A DNA stretch of 64,000 nt from Yuukianura sp. NJ FZ-2021 (taxonomy: Eukaryota), in NCBI GenBank assembly GCA_046563655.1, contig CM102283.1:5580001-5644000 (forward strand), given 5' to 3'. How positions within the stretch are numbered: the stretch's first letter is position 1; the number at the start of each line of letters is the position of its first letter. Under the pieces are notes generated by a model. That model did no database searches, was not told where the DNA came from, and saw only the letters and a program-made list of their open reading frames with translations. Below are positions 1 through 12,620 of this stretch, piece after piece. The position numbers and the translations under genes were made by a program.

Positions 1-1246
1 TTTGACACGTCTGATAATCACTTTACTAAAAACAATGTTGTTTTTATGAGTTCTTTAGCTTTAAGGCATAACACCATTCGACATTTTCATGGTCGGAAAG
101 TTCATATACTTCCAAAACTCTGAAAAACATTTTAAACATATCGAAAAATATTTTTTTTTTACAGAATGATAGTCTTTCTTAACCCAATTTTTCTTTGAAG
201 CCTTCGTTATTCAATTATACTTATCCATTCTCACTTCCCGTTCTCACCCCAATCAATTGGTTTTGTGAAAGAGATGGAGAACAATTGAAATATTGCGGCT
301 TTCCCATGCATCTCTCCCCATGTTAAAACTTTCAAAGTTTTGAATGAACATGGTTTTGAAGGTCGTTGGCCGTTGGTTTAGTTTTGTAATACTCAAAACC
401 GTCCGTTTCCCATGGAACACTTTCAGGATTTTGCCAACGGACAACAATTTAGCAGACGAAAAAGAGAGAGGGTTGCAGGATTCGAACCCTCACCCCTCTT
501 CATGAGAACGGACACGTAGAACCAGAAGACAACGGAAAGACACGCGACAGAAACAACAAAGACTCAATCACAATGATTGACCCACCACGTGCCCCACCAA
601 CAAAGACTCAATCAGATCCACCACATGCCCCACCAAATGTGACAATGAAAGCGTCTCACCGCTTGATTACTCGCTTTATTTCCTTCTATCAAAGGTGTTT
701 TAGTGGAGCAGACTCTGTTCTACTACATTCTAAAAATATTTGTTATACAGTTATACGTTTTCTTTAAGCTTATTCTTATCCCCTTCATTTAGTTAGCATG
801 AAATGGAACTGTCATTCGTAAAGAATAACTGCGTCGGTGTCGCCCTTTGGAAGACTAAAAACTGCTTGACAGTGACAATTTCTGGATTCTTTGTTTTAAA
901 AGCCATGGTTTGCATTTCTCCCCGATTTGAGCAAAAATTAGACTTTGTTTTTGCGCGAATAGTTGTATTTTTTTCGTGTGTAGGATTTAAATAGTATTTC
1001 ATCCCTTTCGTTTTTATAATATTTTCTTTAGTTACTCTTGACGTATTTGGAATTTATATTTTTAGTTAGGTACTCTCATCGCTCTCTCTAAAATGTAAAG
1101 CAGGATTATCCGCATCCCAAGTAATTTGTCGACTAGAAATTCCCGCCCTGACAAGAACTGCCCTTGCGTGACGAAAAGCGTAGTAAGGAGCCTCATTCAA
1201 CGAGGCGCGAAGATTGGCAGAGGTTCACAAATGACTCTTTTTAAAT

Positions 1247-4200
1247 TCAAAGCCCCACGCCAAATGCCCAGCACTCGATCGTCCGAACTACGAAATCCTT
1301 TTCATCTACCAGCGGTGGGTTTCCGTAGGTTCCGCATGTCTCAGTGTGTCCCGCGTTCAAATCTCCATCAAACCAGAGACCAAATTTCCCACTACAAAAT
1401 ACAGATTAAGTCAGGAATTAATTTACATTCAAAAGTTGTACTCTAGGGAACTCTAATTCCAGAAAAGCTTACTCTCCAGCACCAATTGACAGGCTCTCTG
1501 CGTTTCCTTTGATGAAGTACATGTTTTCTCCAGTCCATTTGAAAGTTTGAAAGTCCGGTTTGAGTCGAAAGAGAAAGGACTGGCCTGTGCCATAAAAGTG
1601 GTCAGATACGCGCAGTGGTGTTGAAACCAAACTGCCAAATACCTGAAAACAAACCAAAAATCCAAACAAATAAATACTTAGCACTTCGTTGTCATTATTG
1701 GATAAATTCACTTAAAAACTTACCCTGCCTCTCGTATCTTGTATGACGATAAGAATAGGACTCTCATCCAGTTCCTCCATCTTTCTGTACACCGTATTGA
1801 GACTGAATCCATCTCGCGACGTTGAGAACACTAGAAACCACGGGTATCCTTCGGCCCTTGCAGTGAGATGTCTCGAGATGACTTTGACATCCTCAGTGTC
1901 CAGGATCTCACTGACCCCCAAAAGCTCTGGAATGTATTCGTCCGATCCATAGAGAGCTTTCCTTAGCTCCTCTGACATTGACACCACCTGAAACAACACA
2001 ATAAAAGTAAAAATGACTTACAAAACCAAGGTCAATTACTACTTGAATACCATTCAACTAAACACAAATGCAAAGAAGTAAAAAAGTTGAAGTAAGAAGA
2101 ACATTAAAAAATCATAATAATTAAAGACAACCAACCCTCACACACGATCACAGAAAATAAGTGTATAAGGTAAATACTACAATCAGAAGTTGGATATCCT
2201 CCGGGTTGAGTACGTACTAGAAAAACAGTGTCTAAACTCTAGTAGTCTAAAATTAGAGAACAAAAGTATTGAAATCGAAATAATAATATCTGCAATACAA
2301 ACTATACACAGAGGCAAATTGCTTTCTAAGTCACTACACGACACCAAAACGAGAGAAAGATGTAAAGGAAGGTGTTGCAGCAAGGGTTGGCTTCTAGTTA
2401 GTCCAGAAACTACTTGCGTAAGAGCTTCGCGCGGCAGCGATGAAAGCAGCCTGGGTTCTTGAGAGGTAGCTTTGGTGGTGACCAGAGGTGTCTGGGGGAC
2501 TTAAGGAACTGGGCGTACTTAAGGAACGCCCTGCAAGTTTCAGCCGACTCTCTCAAGGTGGCAGCCCAAGGCTAGAGTAAGAGTCTAGTCATACTCTATA
2601 TGGTATGACTTTCTGACCTTGCAGTGTGACCTAAGGTCACTGACCTTGAGAAAGCTGATTAAAACTTGCAAGACGTACTTAAGGAAGGGTCACACAGAGA
2701 GTTGAGAGGCGATTGGTTTTACCTCTGCGTTATCCTCACTCCCTGAAAGGAGCGTCTGACTTCGTATGAAGGAGTAGAGCTTTGAGTACGGTGCCTTGAT
2801 CATCTTTTTTCGATTACGAGTTTGTTAATTATTAAGTAAAAGGATTAATGAAGTGAAGAAGAATAGGAAATAAACATTCAAATTCAAATTTTAAGTCCAG
2901 AGCAGAAAGCCTACCTCCCACGACTCTTTCGTCAGTTCGTTCAACTCCCCCTTCAAGCTCTCAAGTGGCATCTCGTCGTCTCGGAAAATCTCACTTTCGT
3001 AGTCCACTAAATTATAGCCTCGTGCATTGATCACCTAAAACACAAAAATATAAGCTGATTAGTGTTGAATTTTATGTGAGACAGGGTCGAGTCAATTCAA
3101 TTTCTTATTGTATTTTAATTTTAGACGAGAAAAGTGTAATACAAACCTAAGGTCAACGTCAATCAGACAACTCAACAAAAGTTCTACGTCAATGTAAAAT
3201 TTTGAGATTTCAAAATTGTCTTCACAGCACTGAATAATCCTAACAACTAGAATTTGGCGGTACTTTACTCATTTGTGTTAAAAAATCATATGTTCCTTGC
3301 CTTCCCCTCAAACACTGAGTAAAAGTCAACGTGCTGTTGTTGACTTGACAGTTATTACACTGGGTATTAAATTACTCCCACCCGTATTATTATTATGCAG
3401 TGCAGAATTGCGATGCAATATCTCTAAACAAAACAGGTATTAAATGCGTTTTGATTACCTTTGGGTCTACATCACCGTAAAGATGGGGCCACCACAACAT
3501 CCAAAACTTGTACAGATCTTCAACTTGACTCCGAGGGACTCCGAACCAGTACTCTGGCTTGATAGACTTCTTTTGACCATAGGAAACGACAAGACCAGGT
3601 TTCAGTTTCTTCCCAATTGGATGTCCCGTGGTAAGACAAAGATACCAAGGAGGAGAGTCGTAGTAGTCACTCGAAGCTGACGAGGTCAAAGGGTATTGGT
3701 GGTGGTGGTGACCTCCCTGAGAGGGGTGATGGTGCGAATGACTCATGCCGAATGGAAGTAGCTCTGATGGGTCAAATAATATACAAGAATTAATTTACTT
3801 TCACCACAATTTACGTCACTTCCTTTCGTGATCAATTGAAATTAAGTCCATCAATCAATAGTACAAACCCACCACAAAAACTAATTTGTTTCGGATAATT
3901 CAGCTTACTGTCAAAAGATGCAAATAGGTCTGGCATATCATCAAGGCTGACGAGAGATCTATAATTGATTTTTGACTCCGGGGGAGCAGATTGTGTTTCC
4001 TCCTTTGAATTTTGCGGCCCTTATAAGAATCAAAACAGAGTTCATTACGGGGTCAAAGTTGTTTTCTCGAGGTCAATTACCACTCAGAGAGTCCATCCAA
4101 GCTAAAGGGAAACTAAGCCTCTTTAAAACCTTTGTTTTTCTGGATTCATTACCGGCGTGGGTTTGGTGCGGACCTGACTGATGAGGAGGTACTTGTGATG

Positions 4201-7200
4201 GAACTACTGCTGACTGCATCTGAACTGGAGTCGGACTTTGGCCTCTTCCTGTGTCAAATCCAGAGTCGTTGCTTTGATTTTCCATTGGTTCAACCACTAC
4301 TCCTGCTGGAACTGGAGGAGCGGGGGCAGGGGGAAGCTCTATAAACAAAACAAACACAAACAAAAGTAAGTTTTAAAAATGAACTTTTTAATTAGTCGTT
4401 CCCTAAGTTAATTAAAAACCCCACGCTTCTCATTTCATGTCATGCTGACCTGTCTCCTCCGGGAGAGATTCAGGGTAGAGAACTGGTTTGACATCGGAAG
4501 TGAACTCTTTCCCTTCAACTTTCATGTGGGCAATGTCGGAGTAAATCCCTGCCGCCACAATGACTTCCAGTGGCAGAATGACTCCATAAGCTTCAGCGCC
4601 TTGGTCGAGAACCAGAGGATCAGATACATTAGGATCGAACATGACGGCGTTCGGGGTAACCAACAGTGTGCCGGAGACCACACCCTGTACAAAACAAAGT
4701 CAAATTTAAAGCTGTCAAATATTGTCCAATTCTATTTGCATTCCTTACGTTTCCATCTGTAATGTGCTTGACGTGAATTTTAATGAACTTCCTCTGGTAT
4801 ACTGGTGGGGTTTTCGGGAGAGTGACTTCCGCTTTGTCAGTTCGTTCTGTATGGGCAGACCGTGGAGGAATTTTGAGAACTTGACCAGGAAAAATTACTC
4901 TGGCGGAGAGCCGGTTGACCCTTATGAGTTCCGATGGGGTGACATCATAAGAAGCTGCTATAGAGGTTATTGTGTCCAAATCCTTGACAACATGCTGTTT
5001 TGGACTCAAGGGCGGTGGGGTTTCCTGTACTTGGGGAATTGCCGAATCTTTGTCCTTGTCTTTGAAAGGATTCAACGATATCAAGTCGTCCAGGGTTGTC
5101 GGAAACTGGAGCTGAGTTTGATTAGACGTCGGTTGCTGGGTAGAGTCGACAGACCGAGATTTTGATCTGGAAGAAACAAAAGAAATAATCAATGAAAGAA
5201 CGGAGCCAGAGACTGTAATTTATTATTCTACTTGTTCGTTTCTGACTTATTCAGCGATTTGTTATACCCTACATAAATCACACATCTCATCTAACCTTAT
5301 TTCGGCACAGAAAACACAAGTAGTACTCCCTGCAGAACCCGCCAATTCTATTGGGCAAACTGGAATCTCCACTGCACTGGAATGTCTATTTCGCTTTGGA
5401 ATTCGCACAGGCTCCGTCAGTTGCATTCGGAGCGACGGGCATCCAGTAAATGGGAAAACCATAGTTACAACGTATGTTCACCGCTTGTACTCTACTTATG
5501 TATTAACATCCCGATGTATCGGTCACTCAATTCCTGAACCTAACCACTGCAACTGTTCTTTGGGCATTGTACTAAAAATAAAATATTGTTTTTTAAACCA
5601 AATCTGCGCTTTTATCTTGGCAAGTGGTGTAGTTGAAGTGGTTGGGTTCGATAACTTTATAAGAGTGCATTGGAGTTTCTCCGTTCCCCAACTTGACCTC
5701 TCCCTCTAACAATCTCTTCTTGTCTTATAAAGAGGTTTATAAAAGCGGTTTAGGTACTTCCTGGACTTGATATAATAAATAACTGTAAAATTTGGCTGTA
5801 GCTGAGTATTATGATAATTACTAATCACAAGTAATTTTTATGTGTCCTAAAGCACACAAACACAATTACAGAATCAATGCATCTGGACCTCTGGAGTTTT
5901 TAAACTACTTTAGTAGGTACTACTTATATCGACTGGAGGAGAGTGAGAGTATTTAGCATGAATGACCTTGAGAAGTTGAATCTCGTGCGCTTACGTAACC
6001 GTGTAAACATTCTGGCAGGATACAATAAGAGTCGTATTCTTTAAAACTGTAACTGACAACTTAAGCTTATCCAGAGCAAAATTAAAATGACATGTCCCAG
6101 AAGAACAATAGAAGTGTAACTGAAACGTGATAATTTGATTATTCTTCAGCTTTTATAGTCGGGAAAGGAAAATCGACAGCACAGCGACAGCACATTCTCA
6201 GTTATTGACAGGCGACGTAGGGACAACGATCACTTTAAAGACTGACTAGAAGTCTACGTTTCATGTTCTCCCTATGGTTCACATCGATTTTGCACAATTC
6301 GCCTTAACTTGAAAGCTGAGAAACAAGTAAACTACTAAGGAAAAATCGAAATCAGTTCCTTATGAAAGTCAAATTTGTCCTGAATCATGACACGACTTCT
6401 GGGAAGTACCACATGTTATACTGGAGACGCAAGATAAGATTACTACTCCCTTCCCTTGCAGTTGCATCAGTGCCCTCGCTAATATTAGTTTAGGGGTCAA
6501 TGCTTACATTGCTTTAAAATCTTCAACATTGACTTACTGAAATGGAATTGTCTGCTGGAGTCCATCGCGGAGTCGTTCTCGTAAGCTCCGTCGATTCGGC
6601 TGACCAGGCAAAAATGACATCACAGACAGACCGCAACTGAAAACGTTTTGGGAACTTTCACGGCGTTACTCCTTTAGTCGTCCATCAATCAGCGTATAAG
6701 TTCGTCTTTCTTGGGAGATCTTAAATCGCTTGAATCATAGACAGGTGGACAGGTCACAGGTATCTTAGTCAACCATCATCACTATGAGTAAGAAAAAACG
6801 TATTATCAGCAATGGAAAGTTATGTTTAGTATATGTAAGGATTAAAATTGCTAAATCTTAAGGAATCGACGACGTTGACTTACTGTTTGGTGGACTGACC
6901 TGCAGTCATGCTGTATCTTTTGTCTCTCCATGTAAATGTTCTGTAACGTAGTTTGTTATTGCCTTTCGTATTGATTGAAGGTGGAGAGCAGGTTTATTGT
7001 AAATCGTAGTCTGTTTTAATCCTTGATTTGGTTAATTAGTGATGAGGAGGAGATGTGGACAAGTGAGACTGTTGTTTTGGTATGAAGTAAACAGAGGGTA
7101 CAGTACAGAGAGATGACAGGAAGGAGAGGGAAGGTCGGATGTGCGAAAGTGAAACAGACGGAGATTCCTTCTGGATCTGTGTGTCCACTTTCACCTCAAC

Positions 7201-7241
7201 GCAGGCGCACTTCCCCAGTAATTGTCAATCGATCCAGACAT
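1247..7241 (-). CDS. OXR1: Oxidation resistance 1 / mustard family protein (LysM + GRAM-like region + C-terminal TLDc), multi-exon, multiple isoforms
   Basis: LysM (HVVKDLDTITSIAASYDVTPSELIRVNRL), VSGTLLVTPNAVMFDPNVSDPLV, PEYWFGVP and TLDc motifs (FSTSRDGFSL, HFYGTGQSFLF, FKWTGENMYF, GKFGLWFDGDL...IECWAF). Last exon 1391-1247 ends in TGA. First exon 7241-7195 (MSGSIDNYWGSAPALR) splices in phase 2 to the exon starting at 5166. Confidence 0.93.
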
Positions 7242-8573
7242 CCCAGGAAGTAAGACAGGGACACTACACTTTCCACTGCTAACGACCTTCTTGGCACGGG
7301 AGCGCAAATTACTACCCAAAATTACTAGGTTACAGTTACTTTGTCCCTGGCAAAGGACACTCTTGGCACTGGAAGACGATGTCCGAAAGTCAATGCCTAA
7401 AATAAACAACTACTCAAAGATAAACGGTTTTCATCACAAAGATTAGAAGAACGAGGATCCTTGTAGTGCAAAAAGTTAGGTCATTAATGCTTAGCCCATG
7501 GTCACAAAGAGTCTACATCACACGATACCCGTCCAGCGTCTAGTTACTAGAAAAAAAACACAGATGTATCATACCATATCGAAGAATCCAATAACAACTG
7601 ATTCCAATTTGGTAATTATCGAGTTATCGCCTCTTTTAACCCCTTCAAAGAACCGCAAGTTATTATTTAAAAAACAAAGCAAAAAATTTCGGGTTGAAAC
7701 AAAAACAATAATCCAATCTGAACGTGTCTCGGGAGAAAGCACAAGGTTTGCAAATTTTTGACGGATGTAGACAAGTAAAAAGTTCCAGCTGCCGTGAATT
7801 TTTGCAAAAATAAAACCTATAGAAATTCCAGTGAAATTTTAGCATATGAATTATTTCTGGATGGAAATTTGCCAACATTCGTCTGATTGAATGTGGCTTA
7901 AATGAACGTAGCCTGGGCGGCTGGTTTAGGTTGCACAATACAAGTTTTGGATTTTTGAATTTGACGTGTACGTGTGGGGGGTATAATTGGAAGTTGTATG
8001 AAATGCTGGGGGGGTACAAGCATATGCGATAAAGTGTACTTCAACCGACGGTTGAGAGCTGCGTAGGCTGGTTAGGCGTAGCGTAACCGTAGGCCAAACA
8101 AAACCTAGACGGACTTTCTGCGAAGAAAGGAGGTCACTTCTGAGAACTTCCAGAATTCTAGAGTCCCCTTCCACTTTCTCCATGCGTTACAATGTAGTTT
8201 TGTTCCAGTTCGTCCTGGAGGCAGCTTCTGTTGCTACTGTATTGATTAACCTGTTGAACAAAAACGAAGGCAAACAAAGGACTCTTTGGATCGTTAGTCT
8301 CGTACAACCCATTGCATCATTAGCCCAAATCTCCAGAATCTGGAACTCCAGTTCCAGGCCGGGTGCCAAATGATGTTTGTGAATGCGGTGAAAAATGGGC
8401 TAGTTTTTATTAAAAAGTGGATTTCTCCAGAAGATGGAAGGATAAAAAGCTTCGTTTTTTTCTGTTCTGGTTGCTGGTGCAGTGCAAAACTTTAATTTTT
8501 CTTCGGTTTTAGAAGACAGACAGGGTAAGAACTTTTTATTCAATCCAATTCCAAAGCTAGACCGAAATCTACA

Positions 8574-11500
8574 TCATTTCTTGACGTTGATCCACCGGTC
8601 AATCGAGTACTCTAACGCTGCTAACCACCTGAAAATCGGGATAGATTGAAATAAGATTAATAGAAATTAATTTTTTTAATTATATTAATTAATTTTACCT
8701 CTTCCTCTCCGTTTCTGTTTCACTGGCCAAGTAGTAGTGGCGTAGGTGGGACTGCGGTGGAACCAGTTCGAACACATACTTTTTCCCACCAAGTGAAGTA
8801 CCCATGTTCACTCGGTAGCCGTGCAAATGGACGGCTGAAAGCGCCACTGGAGCCTACGAAGTTAAAAAAACAACAAAGTTTCTGAAATTTTGAGTTTTGA
8901 TTTTGAATTCGTTCCAAATTTTGAATGCGGCCGTACTTCTTCGCCTTGGTAAAAGTAGAGACACGCGTCCTTGAGCACACAGAATCTCCTTGTCCATATC
9001 CGATTCCACCATTTTGTAAGCGTTCCGACGCAGTCGGGCTGAAAAATCTCCTTCGCTGGACACATGACATTGTCTTGACTTTTCCGTATCCAAGTATCTT
9101 CATGCTGCTAAAACCACAATGAAAAAGAAGTTCCAGTCAAGCTCAACTTAACAAGGTCAAAGTCTACTTAGGGTCAAGTTAAGGTCAAGTTTAGCTAATT
9201 CAAGGTCAAAAGTTACCTCTGCACTGAGCAGTTCTGAAATGGAATCTGTCCATTCCCGGTAAGAGTCCAAATCTGGTGATCCCAGCATCAGCATTCCTCC
9301 ATTGGTCCGCTTCAACGTGAACACGTAGTAGGGGTCTTGTGGACAGTCTTTTTGTAGCTCCGTTTGATCAGGCGTAATCGGAAGGACCCCGAGGGGATGA
9401 GTCGACACGGCAGTTTTGTACCAGTACAGACAGGAGGGCGTTAGGTGGAAGTACCTGAGGTCAAAGGTCACAAAATTCAAAAATTTGAATGTATTTTAAT
9501 GTGAATTTCAAAATTTTAAATTTTCGAGGTCATGTGCTGACAAACCTTTCAATCCAGCTCCCATTTCTTCCCACCTTCCACAGTCTCCCTTCCATGAGCC
9601 CCCCTGGAGCCAGCGTGCCAAGTTCCCGCACGACGTCGGCTGTTCTGGCCAACTCCAGCTCCAGCACGTCGCCTTTGGCCAACTTGACGACATCGGAGTG
9701 TGACGACTCGAGACATGGAACTCCGTTGACACTCATGATCACGTCACCCACTTCGAGGCCAGCCTCCTCCGCGGGCGTTTCTTCTTCAACCGCTGAAACC
9801 ACAACGGGACGGGAACCGTGAATTCGAAACCCAAATTCGGTCCCTTGGCGATGAATCTGGAGACGTTTCGTTATCTCTGCAAAGAGTAAGTAACATGTAA
9901 CTTTTGGCACTAACTTTTAACTTAAGCTAAATGTTACCTAACGAGTTGTCGCCGAGACGTTTGTACGTTTCTCCGCTAGCTTTTCGATGGACCATTCGAT
10001 GTGTTATTGCAGTATACCGTTTCATAAAATCCCGCTCACTCAAAGTTGAGTCTCCCGAGGACGAGCGTGCCAAGGGTTCATGGCGTTTCCAGACTTGGGC
10101 TTCTTCCAGCTCCCCAATGTACACCCAGATACCCAAGTCATATGGCGTTGTGTACACACCTATACACAGGACAAAAGTTTTTGAATTTTGGCGCTGATTT
10201 GGGAATACTAAAAAAGTGATGATCACCTTCTTCTTCACTGCCTTCCCCTGGACTGCTACTGACTCCACGGAGATCCCTGAGGCTGAGGGAGATATTGGAC
10301 TGAGTAGAGGCATCCGCTCGAAATCGCTCCTCACTTTTGGCACGGAACTTTCGCTGAACACGCTTTCGCTTTTTACTGAGGAAGGGCGGGGACTCATCAC
10401 AAAATTCCACTGGAGGCTTCACGAGAAGGCCCAGCAGGTCTAGGGGGCTGGAAGAAGGGGGTTCTTCCAGAGAGGTGCCGTTGGGAGGGGGTTCGGGAAG
10501 GGGGAGGAGGGGGGACGGTTGAGGGGGAGAGGGGGCATGAACAGGGGAAGCGTCATAGGTGGACTCCACTTGAGCAGGAACTATGGTTGTCGGAAATGAC
10601 CTTTCTGGAATCAAATGAGTCAAGCAGAACCACCGATTACTTTAGAGTGAAAGTTTTAGTACCGTATTCCCTGGCGTATATCGCGTGCGAGTGCAAAAGT
10701 TAGTAGTACCTTATTTCGTGGCATATACTAGATCGGTCGTGTAGTTCTTCCTGACTAGTTTCAAAAGCAGACATGAAAGAAATATTTTCTCTCCATGCCC
10801 TCAATGTTAAAAAAATATTTTTGGCTTTTTTGACATTTATTTATTTATAAATATTTATATTTATTTAAAGTGAAATATTTTAAAAACTGCATGGAAAAGT
10901 AAATATTTATTTATTTTTGCATGTCCTTAATGTGAAATAAGTAAATATTTTAAAGTTTAAGAAAAAAAAAGTATTGAATATTTAAATATTTCGCCTCTTT
11001 TTAAAAAGTATTTTTCTGATGTCTGGTCAAAACACAAAAAAAACGTAAAATACTGCTAGGTAAAAAAGAAAGTTTAAGACTGAAGTATATACTGTAGCGT
11101 GGTGTAAAAGAAATGCGGTGCATACGCCAGGAAATACGGTACTTAACCGTATAACTGGACTGTTGTCCAGAAAAATATTGAAAATCTGTTTTAATTTTTT
11201 TTTGAAAATGTGTCCACTTACTGACGAACGTTTTTTTGATAAAGTCGAGAGAGTACGAGCCGGAGCTGGAGGAATCACCTGAGCTGAACGTCGTTTGATC
11301 GTTGGACTCGATGGAAGTGCTCAGTTCAAGATGAAGTTTTCTTTTGACATAGTTTTCATGGAAACACTCGTCCTCAATGAGTTTGTGTTTGACGACCTCT
11401 TCCTCCTGCCCCGGGGGGACTTCATCCCCCTCCAGGTCCACTTCAATGTACCCCGTAATGGCTCTCTTCTTCTCCACTAGAATCTCTCCGTCAGACAGTG

Positions 11501-12620
11501 TTTTGATGAGTTTCTTGGGACGGGGCAAGTGGTTGATGTTGGTGGACATTGACTTGGACATGATTTTGGTCGAGGCGGTGGAGAGGGACCCATTCCCGTT
11601 TGTTTGAGCACCTTGTGAAACCATGCGCACCTAATCGACACAAAGAGAGGCAACAGGTCACCACACAAATCAAATTTTTGGAGTTCAAGTGGAGCATTTC
11701 GGATCAATAAGCGTCATTTTCGTAGAAAAAAGGAAAGAGAAAGTGGAAAATTGTATTTTTGAAATTCGCGCGGAGAGAGCGTATCGTTTTCATTCGGAGT
11801 AAATTGAGAGCTAAAGTGTCGTGAGAGTTTTACAACTTTTACTCTCGCGGTGTGTCATTTGGAAGCCTATTATCCCTCGTTTTCTTTTCAGAAAAACTTT
11901 GCAATTTTAAAAAGTTTTTTCAGACAAACTTTTTTAAAATTTTAGATTCTTTTTTGAAAAAGTGCTACTTACCCTGTATGAGGTTCTTGGACTGAGTGAG
12001 AGATAAGGCGGTGGTCCAGAGGCTCTAACGATAAAGGATTCTGTCTGCGTAGACTGTGTGCGCGTGAGTCGTTTTGACGGCGGAGCTCCGTCGACTCCTT
12101 TGTGTTGAACCGTTCCACTGTTGACCTCGCGACCTCCTCCTGTTTCCAGCAGTCGTTCCACACTGCCGCCCATCATCATAACGGCTCTCCTCAGTTTGGT
12201 CTCCTCGAAACTCGTGGCAGTGGAGCTCCTATTCAGAATTGAATTTTCAAAACTCACGTGTTTTCGTGAGATTTGATTGAGCGGTGCTGAGGCGTAGCGC
12301 TGAGCGGGTTGTCGGGCGGATGAACTTGGACGGGGGGCGGGTGGTGGCTGCTGCGTGATGGGGATGTACGAGTGGCTCCCTTCGTCCCACGTATATCTCT
12401 TGTGGTAGTAGTCGCCACCACGTGATGAAGACGTCGATGACCAGCCAATGGCAGAGCGCGGACGAGGTCTGAACCCGCCTTCCCCGTCACTCTGCTCTCC
12501 CTCCCGCCAGTCGAGGTGGGACTTTTTGGTCGTCTCGACGATGGCGAGGTGTTCGTCGGATGGGTGACGGCCGTAGCAGGAAGTAAACACATTTTGATGG
12601 CGTTTGGCACAAGGGGAATC
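8574..12620 (-). CDS. PDZ + tandem PH domain protein (PDZPH1-like architecture); 5' end not located
   Basis: PDZ (EFGFRIHGSRPVVVSAVEEETPAEEAGLEVGDVIMSVNG), PH1 (EGRLWK...RYFHLTPSCLYWY...YREW) and PH2 (CVGTLTK...WTRRFCVLKDACLYFY...WLAALEYSIDRWINVKK*). Phase-compatible GT-AG exons; AATAAA about 35 nt after the stop. The exon at 12620 begins at an acceptor with no ATG. Confidence 0.8.
10662..11139. mobile_element. Tc1/mariner-type MITE in an intron
   Basis: TIRs CCGTATTCCCTGGCGTAT / ATACGCCAGGAAATACGG (1 mismatch), flanked by TA on both sides (10660-61, 11140-41), with an AT-rich non-coding interior. Confidence 0.75.

Noticed and set aside
465-540. tRNA gene on the minus strand (GGTTCGAATCC)
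   Set aside because: Only the T-loop/B-box motif is present; no consistent acceptor, D or anticodon stems. At most a tRNA-derived repeat fragment.
9927-10623. Apparent frameshift between two overlapping ORFs in the PDZ-PH gene
   Set aside because: Explained by a short phase-1 GT-AG intron (~10161-10216).
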